Source of the DNA: Halocafeteria seosinensis
Taxonomy: Eukaryota
Direction: 5' to 3'
NCBI GenBank assembly: GCA_001687465.1
Contig: LVLI01000003.1
Span: forward strand, 1-64,000
Length of the DNA stretch: 64,000 bases
Within the stretch, counting starts at the first letter, position 1. Every line of letters begins with the position of its first letter. The notes under the pieces are model-generated. The model was not told the DNA's origin and made no database searches. It saw nothing but the letters and a program-made list of their open reading frames with translations. The translations under genes and the position numbers were made by a program. Of the stretch, positions 12,506-24,300 are shown in pieces.

Positions 12506-14841
12506 ATGAGGACTCCTGCAGGCCCGAGGGACACTGACTTCTCTTCCTCCCTGAGGGAAGATGAGCTCAATGTGACACTCCGGGAGTTTGTGTTGCTTAT
12601 GTGGGTACGTACTACATCTTTGGCCATTTGTTGTATGGACAGGATATGGCTGTACGGTGTTGGTTTGAATTCCCGCAGGTAACGTTAGCTTCGTGGTTCA
12701 TCGCTTACCTACTGACAGTACGATATCGTGATCGACCGACATTTTTCAATAAGCTTCAGACGTTAGCAGAGCCACTGGCAGCCCATCTAATTGCTTTGAC
12801 CGGTGCTATGGTCATCATCAACACGATACTCGTTCCTTTTGCCTCGGTAGTGATTACCCAAGTAAGTACAGTCGCTGGCCCCTTCAAGAAAAACCTCTGT
12901 ATCAAACCGCGCATCGTTCGGCGCAGGTCACGGTGGATAGTAATTGGGTGAAAGCTCACAGAATTCTGGGATTTCTTTTTCAACTCGCTGTGGATGGTTC
13001 TTCTGTAGCACTGTTTATCTTTCTCCCTTTGGCATACATTGATCACAAACGTCCAGGGTTCGCAGGGCTCACGGGAATGAAGCGTCACGTTATGTCGTTC
13101 CTATTTCTTGGGGGATGTCTCCTCTTGTTTACCGCTATAATCGCACTTGTTCAATGGATATACGAGTCCAAAGTCTATGTTCAATCGCTCGTCGCTCCGG
13201 GTGCAACGAATGCGATGTTGATTCCAGGATTGCTAGCATACCTTGTCCTGGTGCCTGCTGGAAGTTTAGAGATAGCGTATAAAGTAGCCTTCCGCATTGG
13301 TCCTTGTACTGAAAACGGTAGACAAGTGCTTGAAAATGAGGTTGCCAACCGCGACGCAGTGGTAAAGAAACTGGTACGATCTCACGCCAATGTCGCAAGG
13401 AAATCTCAGGCTTGACGATATGGTTGTTTTTCCTTTGCAGGGTGAACATTTGAAGAGTTTGAATGCTTCACAAAATGCGAATGAAAGCGTAGACCTCACC
13501 CCTGAGGGACACCACGCGAACCCCACGGAGTATCGAGAGTCCGTAGGAAGTGTGGGAAGTGGTGAAACGAGAAGCATTGACAGTGGAATAACATCGAGAG
13601 GAACTGTTGCTAAGCGTTCCAGCTCCCAAAGGCGCCGAAGTTCGACGACGTTTGGTCAACTTGCTCGGAAGTTGGCTCTTGAAATCGAGTTCAACAACAC
13701 TACACCAGGGTTCTCTCCGGCATCCCAAAGGGTAATAGATTTTGCGCGCAAGGAATACTCTAGTCCTATTACACGGCAGCGTAGCTCATCTGATTCAAAT
13801 CGGAGTTCGCTAGCGTCGTTTTGGTCAGAACAACTTCAGCGCGTGTTAGGAGGACATAATGCTACACCGGACACGGACTCCAAGCGTACTACCAATGTTC
13901 GAAGACGACGACTCTCCGAACCAAAACAGACGAGGCGAGCTTCGGGAGCGCCTCCGTTACCTCTTAGCGCTTCCAAACGACTACAAACTGTGCTCCAACG
14001 GGTGCCACAAGGGAAATTCATGAAGGGGAAATGGTTGCTTCTTGACCATCTGTATGCAAAGGAGTGTGACTTCGTGGACTTACTGAAAAGTCGGCTTCGG
14101 GGGACACAGCTTGGAATGAATTTGCTCAACGGAGTTTTGTTTGGTGCCGTCATTTTTCTTAATTTGTGCATTACATTTAGGGCATCTTGCATGCCCTTTC
14201 TTGGCGCTATCTACGCAGCTACTGGACATGAACTGGATTGGATGGAGGTCTTCGCCTCTGTCGCAGGAATAGAAAAACACAGAGCTGCGATACTAACATC
14301 GTTTTTTGATGTTGGAATGACTCTTTATTTTGCGACGTGTTGCATCATGGGCTTCTATCCTGAAATCCTTTCGTCCGACGGGAGACAACGCTATTTTGCT
14401 TCCAAGGTAAGGGAGGCGTGTAAAACTTCTAACATCTCGGTGTGTCCAATGATTGAAGATCTCCCCCTAGAAGAGTCGTTTCTCTCGTTTGGCCTGCTAG
14501 ACTTTGCTGTTGGAAAGTATATTTCATTCCGAGAAAGAAACCATCCCCTGCCACAGCGTACGGCCATGAATGTATTACTGGGCCATGCGCTACTGCTACT
14601 CGTGCTTTCCTTTGCAATGCCTGTGGCATTGGGTTGGTTGGGTGTTGGCGCAATGAACGTGATGAAGGTTGCGGATTCATACTATGGAAATGTGTCGATT
14701 GCGCGAAGCGGCGCGCTTGCTCACGTATACAGCTTTGCGTTTGCAATCTTGATGGGTTGGCTTCATTTTTTGCATGCTTCCGCACTAATCCCTCAGTGCT
14801 GCGGCAGAGATGACGTGACAGACTCTAAGAAGCAGCGGTGA
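12506..14841 (+). CDS. LMBR1/LIMR-family multi-pass membrane protein, 4 exons
   Basis: Introns 12605-12678, 12862-12926 and 13374-13440 join the ORF pieces in frame. LFIFLPLAYIDHKRPGFAG resembles LMBR1 PFAYFFxExxGFxG. Two TM bundles are separated by a long Ser/Arg-rich loop. Confidence 0.65.
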
Positions 14842-14852
14842 CCGTTTGACCT

Positions 14853-17800
14853 TCATTCATGGCGTTGAACAAGGGATTGGATGCTCTCAAGGAAGTCTTG
14901 CTTTGTAACTGTGGCATTCAAGTCTTCGTCGGAGATTGTTTGCTCCAGATCTTCTGGTCCCATCAGCAATGAAGCCTTACTATCGGGAGAGTCCTTTATG
15001 GGTGCATTTAGTAGTTCCAGGTAATCCTCGAGTTCGCGTGCCCTCCGACTTAGGGCGCGTGAAACAGCTGCCGAGCAGATTCCTGCAATATCCGCACCGG
15101 AAAGACCAGACGGTAGCATGCGCTCTAATTCAACTGCGTCAACTCCCGATTCAGCGTTAATTTTATTGAGGTGAGCCCTCAACACTTTCAGTCGCGATTC
15201 TGGTTCGTCCGAAATACCGATGTAAACCGACTGATCAAACCGCCCAGGGCGAAGTAACGCTGGATCCAATAGGTCGTGTCGATTAGTGGCGCCTATGACG
15301 AATGTGGGTTCGGAGGTATCCTCATTGTCTAATGCATCCATCTCAGCCAGTAGTTGCGATACGACGCGATCCGATACACCACCGGAGTCACTTCCGCGGC
15401 CTCGTGCGGGTGCGAGAGAATCAAGCTCATCAAAGAAAATTACTGACGGTGCCATCTCTTTTGCCTCTTCAAATACCCTGCGGACATTTCGCTCAGATTC
15501 TCCTATGTACATGTTGAGAAGCTCTGGACCTTTGACAGAAATAAATGCAAGGTCGAACTCTGTGGCAACCGCCTTAGCTAGTAGCGTTTTCCCTGTCCCG
15601 GGCGGACCATAAAGCAGGATACCACTCCTTCGCTTTATGGTGCTTTGAAATAGTTGCGGATTTTCCATAGGCATTTTAATCTGCGTCCATACATGGAGTA
15701 AAAGATATCTCAAGCTAGACCCTGGGCAAACTTACCAGTTCGTTAAGCTGCCGTTTTGCTTCTTCTAGTCCACCGACGTCTTCCCAGTGAACGTTTACCG
15801 CCGCCGCTTTCTTGCGCAAGCCATCATCCTGTATAGACAAGACATTGCTCTAGCTATGTGTAGCAGTCCCGTGCAAAATCCACTTACAGGTATGAACTTA
15901 AGGGCTGAATTAAGTGTGTCCAAGGAAATGTGAAGTCTGTCAGATGATTGTGCCTCGGTTGTCTGGATGCGAATGCAGTCTTCTATAAAGCGGACCAAGC
16001 CCTCAAGATTTAGAGTAGCCACTTTTCGAAGTAGTGGTCTCTCCAAGAATAGTGCATCATCTGGAATAGCTCCGTAGCATAAAAATGCGAACCTCAAACG
16101 CTTCTCTGGCTGAGAAGACTTGCATAAGTGGGGATATCCGATCGGAATAATGTCTTGATAATCCACAAGATTGTCAACAGTAGCTCCGATGTCCATCGTC
16201 AACTCCAATCGTTCCAAAAAACTTGAGACTACAGGTTCCGGCAGTTTACTTGCGTCAGTTGTGGAAAAAATAATTGCAATTGGTCGATCAGTATGTGCTC
16301 GTTGTTGTGCTGGTCTTCCCCGAGGATGATGAGCTACACCATTGAGACAGTCGCTCCCTTCTGACCACTCTTCTAGTGGTTTAAACTCGCAATTCTGCAA
16401 CTCCGTCAACGATCTGGGAGTTTTGGAGGAATAAACGTTTCCACTTTGCTCGCTTTGCTTCGCATTATAACTGGTATCACTGTACTCAAACGTCCACTTT
16501 TCAATCATTGTGATAAAGGGGGACCAGATGTCTGCACCAGAGGTATTTTCCTGTTGTGCGTGCTCCTTATCGTTCTGCTGGTGGACAAGGACACTAATCA
16601 GATCTATATCCGGAATATGCACTATTGTTGGTTCAAAGTTGTGGGCAATGCTGCTCACTAAGCTTTCCAATATTTCGCAAAAGACCGCAACTGGGGAGCC
16701 TCCCCTCGTGTTCATCGTTTGTACCAGGACATCCCCTATATTTACCTTTACGACAGCGGTGCCGAGTTCTTGGCCGCACTTTAGGACAGCATCAGCCGCT
16801 ACAATCAAGCTATCTGTCTCAGCAAACACTACAGGCGTCGTATCATAACTCCAACAAGACTGGTCATAGGAGAAATTGGCTTCTTTATGGAATAGTCTGC
16901 GTACAACAGAATAAAACGTAGAGCATGAAATACGTTCATGATCGCTGTCCCCTAGGGAGATGTCCTTTCCAACCACACGAAGTAGTCTTTCAAACGACGC
17001 ACTGCTCAGAAATAATCTAAGTAATGATAACCCCATAGATCTTTTATCGCACCGCTTAATCGAATCTAGTCCTTCAATAAAATCATTCTGCGCCAACGGG
17101 CAGCCAACTAATGGAAGAAAATCTGAAACGTCGGGATTGAGTACCATGCGGGAGACTTCGGATACTGACCCAGCGAGTATTGGCAATGATTTCGAAGAGG
17201 GGGAAAGCTTCTCAGTGTACATCTCCAGTATCTTAAAAACAAGGATGCCACGACACGGGCCTTCGAAACTAGAGTATAGAGGCAATGATTTGCTCTCCCC
17301 GCCAGACTTCATATTTTCCACAGCAGTCTGCGGCGCGGAAGAACCAACGCTTTCGTAATCAGCACATCGTATGACCACGAGCTCCCCGGAGTGAACTACC
17401 CTCGAAGTTCTTTCGAAGTAGGATTTGAGGACTTGTTCAGCGTCCTCCGTTGATCCAAAGTTCGTCTTCCGAGTAGACGTAAGCAATGCAACTGTAACGT
17501 AATCTGCTTGAAGAACATTTCCGGTACCAGCATCAGGATGCTTGGGAGAGGATATCCCATTTTCCGAAGATACTTTACCCGTAGCAACCTGAACGAGCGT
17601 CTCTGAGCAACGAAGGGTTCCAAGTCCTCCGTCGAAGACAAGGAGACCACCGTCCCTCCTTCGGTTTTGAGTGTTAGCATCTGTCTCCAACTTCGACGCA
17701 AATGCGTTCCACGGATGAACATCAGAGTTGCGAACAGTATCTCGTAGCCCCAGTAAATCAGCGACACGCATCCCAATCAAAGCTACAGGTTGGTCAAGGG

Positions 17801-18173
17801 AGTTACGGTCACTATCCTCTTCGGAACCAAACTGTATGGTGGCTGCCGCCGCAGCTCCAAGTCCTTGGGTCGATCTTGATGGATTCGCATGGCAGTCTTC
17901 CGTAAAGCCCACCGTAATTAATTGAACTAGACAACAGTAATCAGTCTTTCTTGAGTGCATGAGAGCCATCCCCGGTTTCTTTCCGGGTTGGTGCTGGTGA
18001 TTCGACTGCACCAACACCACGTACGGGAGATCCATGTTTTCTCCATCATCACCGGGAAGGATATATCTCTCCACCCATCGCCTGAGTACTGTATTTGACT
18101 CCTGTGATACACTGGCCGAAATTACGGGAGCTAAACGAATTCCACGCAGTGTCTCTTCCTGTTCGTCAGCCAT
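14853..18173 (-). CDS. PEX6: Peroxisomal AAA ATPase PEX6, 3 exons
   Basis: D2 reads VHWEDVGGL, RRSGILLYGPPGTGKTLLAKAVATE, SVKGPELLNMYIGESERNVR, FFDELDSLAPARGRGSDSGGVSDRVVSQLLAEMD. D1 is degenerate. Introns 15829-15887 and 15681-15735. Confidence 0.92.
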
Positions 18174-19032
18174 TCTGATTCCGTCAATCTCTTCTTCTGC
18201 ATGTTCGTCACACACACACAACTCCCCGCCCAAGAGAGACCAGCACCAGTGGCAGCAGTGGTAACAGAGACCTTCTACCCTACAGCGCACGATCAATTCT
18301 ATCTATGCTTCGTAATGTCATGAGCTTGTGAAGTTGACACTTCGTGAAGTTGGCAAGGCGCAGCGCCGCAGGCGAGAGATAGGTGAGTCAACAGAGCAAT
18401 GAGTTCCTGTAAAAACGATAGCATTCAATGCAACGTGCTTGGCCAGCTTCATAGAAAGAAAATGACCTGCATAGAATGGGTATGAAGCTAGACGGTTGGC
18501 AACAATATCACAAAGATCCTGTATTGTCTCGATGATATGATAATGTATGAAATGACGCCGCCTACAATTGCGGTACTTCAGACAAGAGCGTCGCAGTTGA
18601 GTGGGAAATGTACCGTTACTACGTACGTCATAAAGGGGCCGGGGAGTGCCCCCTTTACACCGAAGAGTGACTGCTTCCGTGCGACTGGCGGTGTTCTATA
18701 TGCTTAGTTTCTGTCCCTAGCTGAACACTCGCGATTTCTATGACATGCTAGCTTATGCCCTTCCCCAACTTCCAAAGGGAAGAGACCCGTAGAAGACGCA
18801 CAGATCCGCGATTGTACATCGTACTCGGAATCACTAGCGATCGTTGACCAATTTCGCTCTTTCCTGTTCGCCGGGAGAGCCATTTATGCCTCAATCGTTC
18901 GCACAGGCGTTAATACCTGAATTCTGTCCGGCACTGACTGATCTTTTGCAGCTGGCCTGCAGACATTCGATTCTTCTTCTGATCTGCCAAGATCTCTATT
19001 CCTTTTTGTATACATTAAGTTATTCATTACAT

Positions 19033-19899
19033 TCATGATGTAGGCATCAGTCTGCTTCGCCGGAGAGGAACACGTCGTAGCCATGCAAACATGAAACCGA
19101 AGCTGGCGCCTATCGCAACAGCGTGAAGGTCCCTCAGGGGCCCTATGATTTTCCTGAAGTCCAAGTCCGGGCAATATAGAACCATACGCCTGCAATTTCA
19201 AATTCACGACAAAAAAAGTCACAACCAATTCTTCTATCTACAAGTAGCGTAGATAGAGTCTCACCATTGGGTTGCGTTTCTGTTCCAGTCTGACATTGGG
19301 GGTTTCACTGTTGCCCTCTGATAGGCGGGGTCTTTCAAAACTACTTTATAATTTAATGCACCCAATGCGATTCCCACTCCATGTACTAGGAACGCAGCCC
19401 AAATGCACCGACTGAGTTTGTATCGAAACAGCGCCAATGATCCTGTGGCAAAGCCAATTCCAGCTCCCGCAACATATGGAACTGGGCGCTTGTGGTATAC
19501 GAGTCGCTCCTGCTCCACTCGAACCTGTTGTTCTGTTGACGGACGGAAACAAGCGTCATTGAACTGGAAATTACTGTATACGTCGATACATCGCGAATAC
19601 ACACCTTCTGCTTCCCGAGCTCGTTGAATTTGCTCAGGGTCAGGATTCTGTTGTTCAGAGTATAACACCGGGTCTCGTTTAACAAATCTCCATCCTTCTA
19701 GTAGGGGGTTCGATGGATCTTGGTAGCCTTTATTATCGCGCTCCTGAGGGAAATAAGTGTCTACCCAGTGCAATACACTGTGTAACCAGTCTTCCAGACG
19801 TGAAGATGAGGCTTGTGAGGATGAAGTTTGACCTCCATTTTCTTCCTTTTCCGAGCCGCTCTCCTCCCGGGAGGTTTCCGATTTGTTTTCCCCACCCAT
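19033..19899 (-). CDS. Hypothetical membrane protein, 2 exons
   Basis: ORF of about 210 codons with two hydrophobic segments. A TG|gtgaga...ttgcag|G intron continues to WRMVLYCPDLDF...AVAIGASFGFMFAWL...PTS*. Confidence 0.6.
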
Positions 19900-20259
19900 T
19901 GTGCTTTTCAATTCACAGCTTTCATAAAAACACTGATCATCAACGCCGTGCGTACCGTCTTGATCCGTATCGCTTCAAAAAATCTGAAACATTTGTTTGT
20001 ACGGTAGCGGACTCGGAAGTTCGGAACAAGGCTTTCTCGCCGAAGCTCATCGTTTGCTATCCAATCCGTGTTGAGAGAATAACCCTCAGTCGCATTGATT
20101 CTTGCAGCCTGAGGACGTTCATCCATCACTCCTATGATCTTTTGATGCCGTTGGGATACAGTATCTCTCTGTATTGTAAGGGACGGCCTCTCCGCAGTGC
20201 ATCTTGAGACGCTTTTTTGAACCTTTTCACGCTCTATAAGCACGTTCCACGCCCATACC

Positions 20260-22679
20260 ATGTCTGTCGAGGAGGGAAATCATCAATATTCTCGCATGCC
20301 GAGCGATGGAGAGAGCCCGGATCAAGAACGCAGACAACTGTTTCCTGCTGGAGCAGGGGCAGTGGGCCAGCGCAAACAGTCTTCCCCTACTTCTCCCTTA
20401 AGTAAACAGTACAAGAACGCCACGAAATACTCGTCAACGGATTCACGAACCTCAAACAGCAATGGAGCTTCGACTGAGAACGGGACAGGAAGTGGAACTC
20501 ATAGTAGTTTCCAAACTCCACCCCGTGGAGACGGGGGGACTGGAGCTGGTGGAGGCAGTCTTGGAATTACGATCAAAGACGAGATTGATGAATCACAATC
20601 TTCTCCAGCAAAGGACAGTGAACGAGTACCTTTGGCCTCAGCGGACGCGAATAGTGCACCGTCGAAAGGAACGAGCGCCTACGACGATAGCGGTTGTATG
20701 TCCAAAATGAAGGTGGTACCAGGACCGTATTGGGTGCACAACATTGTTTTGAACGAGGCTTGCGAGCGTTTCTGCTACTACGGTCTTCGAGCTATACTAG
20801 TATTGTTCATGTCGGAAAAACTGGGTTTCTCCGACCCTGATGCGTTCAGTGTTTACGAGTTCTTTTCGGGATCAGTTTATGTAACGGTAAGGCATACCTT
20901 GGTTGTGCCTAGCTGAGTTGCAGCGAATCAATAGTTTGCACTTTACAGGGTATCCTAGGTGGATGGCTTGCCGACACATACCTTGGCAAGTTCACTACTA
21001 TTTTGGGATTTAGTACATTATACTGTGTCGGAACCATCTGCCTAGTTATCTCAGCGATCTTCGAGGAGGCATGGATAATGTTCCTCGGCCTAGTATGTAT
21101 TGCCTTTGGCACTGGTGGCATCAAGCCATGTGTCGCAGCCTTTGGCGCGGAACAGTACGGTGAACAGAGTGATAAGGATATAACTTCTTTTTTCCTGGCG
21201 TTCTATTTCAGCATTAACATTGGCAGCGTGGCGAGCTACATCGTTACGCCCCTACTGCGACACTACGTTGGCTACGCTGCTGCTTTTGGTGCGTCAACTG
21301 TAGTTCTTATCGTTTCTATCATAGTGTTTGTTCTGCCGAAGAAGCGATATATCAAAACTCCTCCAAGTGGTAGTGTGATAACGACGGCGGTGAAAGTTCT
21401 TAAGGAGGCCGTCACCCTAAATAAGGGGTGCTGCTCATTGTTGTTTCGACGTTGCAAGCCTCTTCAGAGTCAGACTGAACGTTTAGCGATAGGACAAGAT
21501 AGACCGTCGTCATCGCTTACAGAGAGTGATGAACTGTCCGTTAAAGAGCACCCGCACACTCCTCCCATAAAACCCCACTGGTTAAATGAGGCACGGAGGT
21601 CCTTTGATGTATTTACTGTTGAAAGCGTCAAGGCAGTTTGGAATCTGGGTCCTATATTGTGTGTTCTCCCCTTCTTCTGGATGTTGTTCGACCAGCAGGG
21701 CTCGGCATGGTACGTTAGTCGGTAACAATGGTATGCTCATCCAGCCACCATCATTTCCTTGCCTTCTTCCAGGACTATACAAGCGAAAAACATGAACAGA
21801 AATGTCGCCGGGTTTGAAGTACAGCCTGACAGTCTTGGAGTTTTGAATCCTTTGTACGTAGCATGAATTGTTTCTGCACTTTGACTAACGAGTACTTACA
21901 CTTGCTCGTTGCACAGCTTCGTGGTTTTGTTGATCCCCTTACTTGGAAGGTTTTTGTTCCCTCTCATGGAGAAACTACCCTGCAAGCCACTTCGTCCGAC
22001 TCCTCTCCGCAAAATGGCTTTGGGGATGGTCGGTGCGGCTGGATCTTTTGTGATTGCTGGTTTTGTTCAGCTTTCCATTTATCGGTCGTTGCAAGGCAAG
22101 TACGGATATGTCCCAGAGGACAGCAACAAGACAAGTAATGTTTCCTTGTTCTGGATTCTCCCGCAATATTTTCTAATCACGTTCAGTGAAATTTGTGTAT
22201 CGACAACTGGTCTGGAATGGATGTATACCCAAGCTCCACACACGATGCGAGGAATGATCATTGCTCTGTGGTATTTATCCACTGGTGTCGGAGACTACGT
22301 CGCTGGCGTCATTTTTGGAGCTTTCAAGGAACTGAAACAGTACGAATTTTCCTTTCTCTTTGCGTCTCTTATGCTGGTCAGTGCAGTCATTTTTATTTTG
22401 TTAGCATTCGTTTATAAGCCTCTCGAAACAATACAAGCGGCCAAGAAAGAATTCGATCGGCGAATGGCAGCTGAGCACAGGGCGGGACTTGAGGGCACGG
22501 ATGAAATGGAAGTGCCGCCTCCTTCATCAGAATACTCCGCCATGGACCAACCGTCTAATGATCTTGGAGGAGATCCAAATGAAAGCCCAGTCACCACTCG
22601 GAAGCTCCGCTCCGGTACAAACAGTTCTGGTCGTCGTCGAGAGTCCAACTCTAGCTTCAACGAGGTATCTCTCGAATAG
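20260..22679 (+). CDS. Proton-dependent oligopeptide transporter (POT/PTR, SLC15), 4 exons
   Basis: NEACERFCYYGLR (ExxERFxYY), GGWLADTYLGK, GTGGIKPCVAAFGAEQY, FYFSINIGS (PTR2 signature), LFDQQGSAW, LEWMYTQAP. Confidence 0.95.
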
Positions 22680-23260
22680 AATGGAATATACTACCTACCT
22701 CCACTTTCCTGTATTATTTAGGCTTCATCGCACTCGTAACGTGTATCAACGTGACTTATTCCATCTCGTCCGAACCAACCAGTGCAAAACGAGAAAAAGC
22801 GCAGAGTAGCAAGATTTCATGATAGACTTGAAGTCTCTCTATCGCGCACTGAAAAAACGATACAGAGTATGTTGCAGAAGGTAAAATGCTTGGCCGATGT
22901 CAAAGAATACATGAAACATACCTGGTACTACGCCAGCTTATTTCCGCCTGTAATTTGAATGGTCCTCCTCTACACAGTATAGGTAGTTACCGTCAGAATC
23001 GTTGAATCCTTACTATTGTTATTGGTTATACCGTATACGTGCTAGCCTTTGAAGTGGGGGGCCACGGAGAATGAGCCTGAGCTCGTATACAATTGAATAC
23101 CACGGTACTGTAATGCGAATCCCATATTACGGTAAACCCAAGTTTCCGCGTTTTGTGAAGTAGTCGTTTAGCTCTATTTCCGCTTCGCTAGATAATATTT
23201 CGACAGTATTGACACTCCATAGTGAATAATCAAAACATTACCGTGCGTCACTGATAGACC

Positions 23261-24296
23261 ATGTTCCCGCAAAGCTTCAGTGGGAGGCTGCAATGGCGCA
23301 GCTGCTTGAGGCTCTATCGGAGCATGAGGAAGTGCGCGTTCAGCACCAATACAGGACCGAATAACAAGCCCACTGGTGGTAGTAGTGGTGGTGGAATGTT
23401 CCCTGAGCTCGATGAAGAGACCAAGAAGCAAAAACAAAGGAAACAGCAGATTATTTTGGAGCGCATGAGGCGGTCCAAATTGGCCGATGCCATGCGCATG
23501 GAGAACGAGAAAGTAAGATACGCAATCATTGGATCACATTGTATACCTACCTTAGGATCTCTCTGTGGTATGTGCAGCTATTCGAAGCCGGGGCCAAACC
23601 ACTGGCTGAACAAGATAGCTTCATCTTCCCTGATACGGAAATTGAACCTCTCTTTGAAGATGCTTCAGATAGTCTGGAGCCCCTCTCCATACACGGATTA
23701 GCTCGACGATCCGATGTCAGTCTGTTAACGCTGAGTTTCAATGGCATCGGCAAACAGCAGGCTAATGCATTCAACAACGTTTTCTTGGACGTATTCAACC
23801 CTCCCGGGCGAAGCGCAGTGGGCGATTCACAGACCAACATAATTGATATCCATTACTATGATGGCTTAGTCTATAGCATACTGAAGCGATTCTTGAAAAA
23901 TGGTTTGCGCAAAAACACACAGCAACAGTCGCCGCAGCTAAAGGACTACTCATACGTCAAGTTTGAACGCTATGTTCCTCAAACAGAGGTAAGTATGTAT
24001 CTACAATTTTGGCTACCCATTACTCAGCGCGTGTTATTACCACTTGAGGACAGGAATTCTTGTATGATGCTCAAGTTCACAATCGTGCTATGGGATACGC
24101 GTACCTGTTGGATAGCGAGGGAAGAGTAAGGTGGCGGTAAGTAGACCGACCTGCACTTTCCTTTCAGTGAACTCAGCAATCACTCTCCTTGATGGTATGC
24201 AGAGCCCATCAGTACGCGACTGAAAATGAACTTGAGGGAATGATACAGTCTGCAAATACCCTGCTTGGCGAAACGACTACCCCGGTACCAGGATAG
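23261..24296 (+). CDS. ATP10: Mitochondrial ATPase assembly factor ATP10, paralog 1, 4 exons
   Basis: Arg/Ser-rich presequence, LFEAGAKPL...FP, VSLLTLSF, and the spliced C-terminus HNRAMGYAYLLDSEGRVRWRAHQYATENE (ATP10 NxxxGYxYLxDxxGxIRWxxxG motif). Stop TAG at 24294-24296. Confidence 0.85.
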
Positions 24297-24300
24297 GCAG

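Noticed and set aside
22856..22867. AACGATACAGAG, a 12-nt match to the U6 snRNA ACAGAGA region
   Set aside because: The following AAGATTAGCATGG, the 5' hairpin and the U-tail are absent, so this is a chance match.
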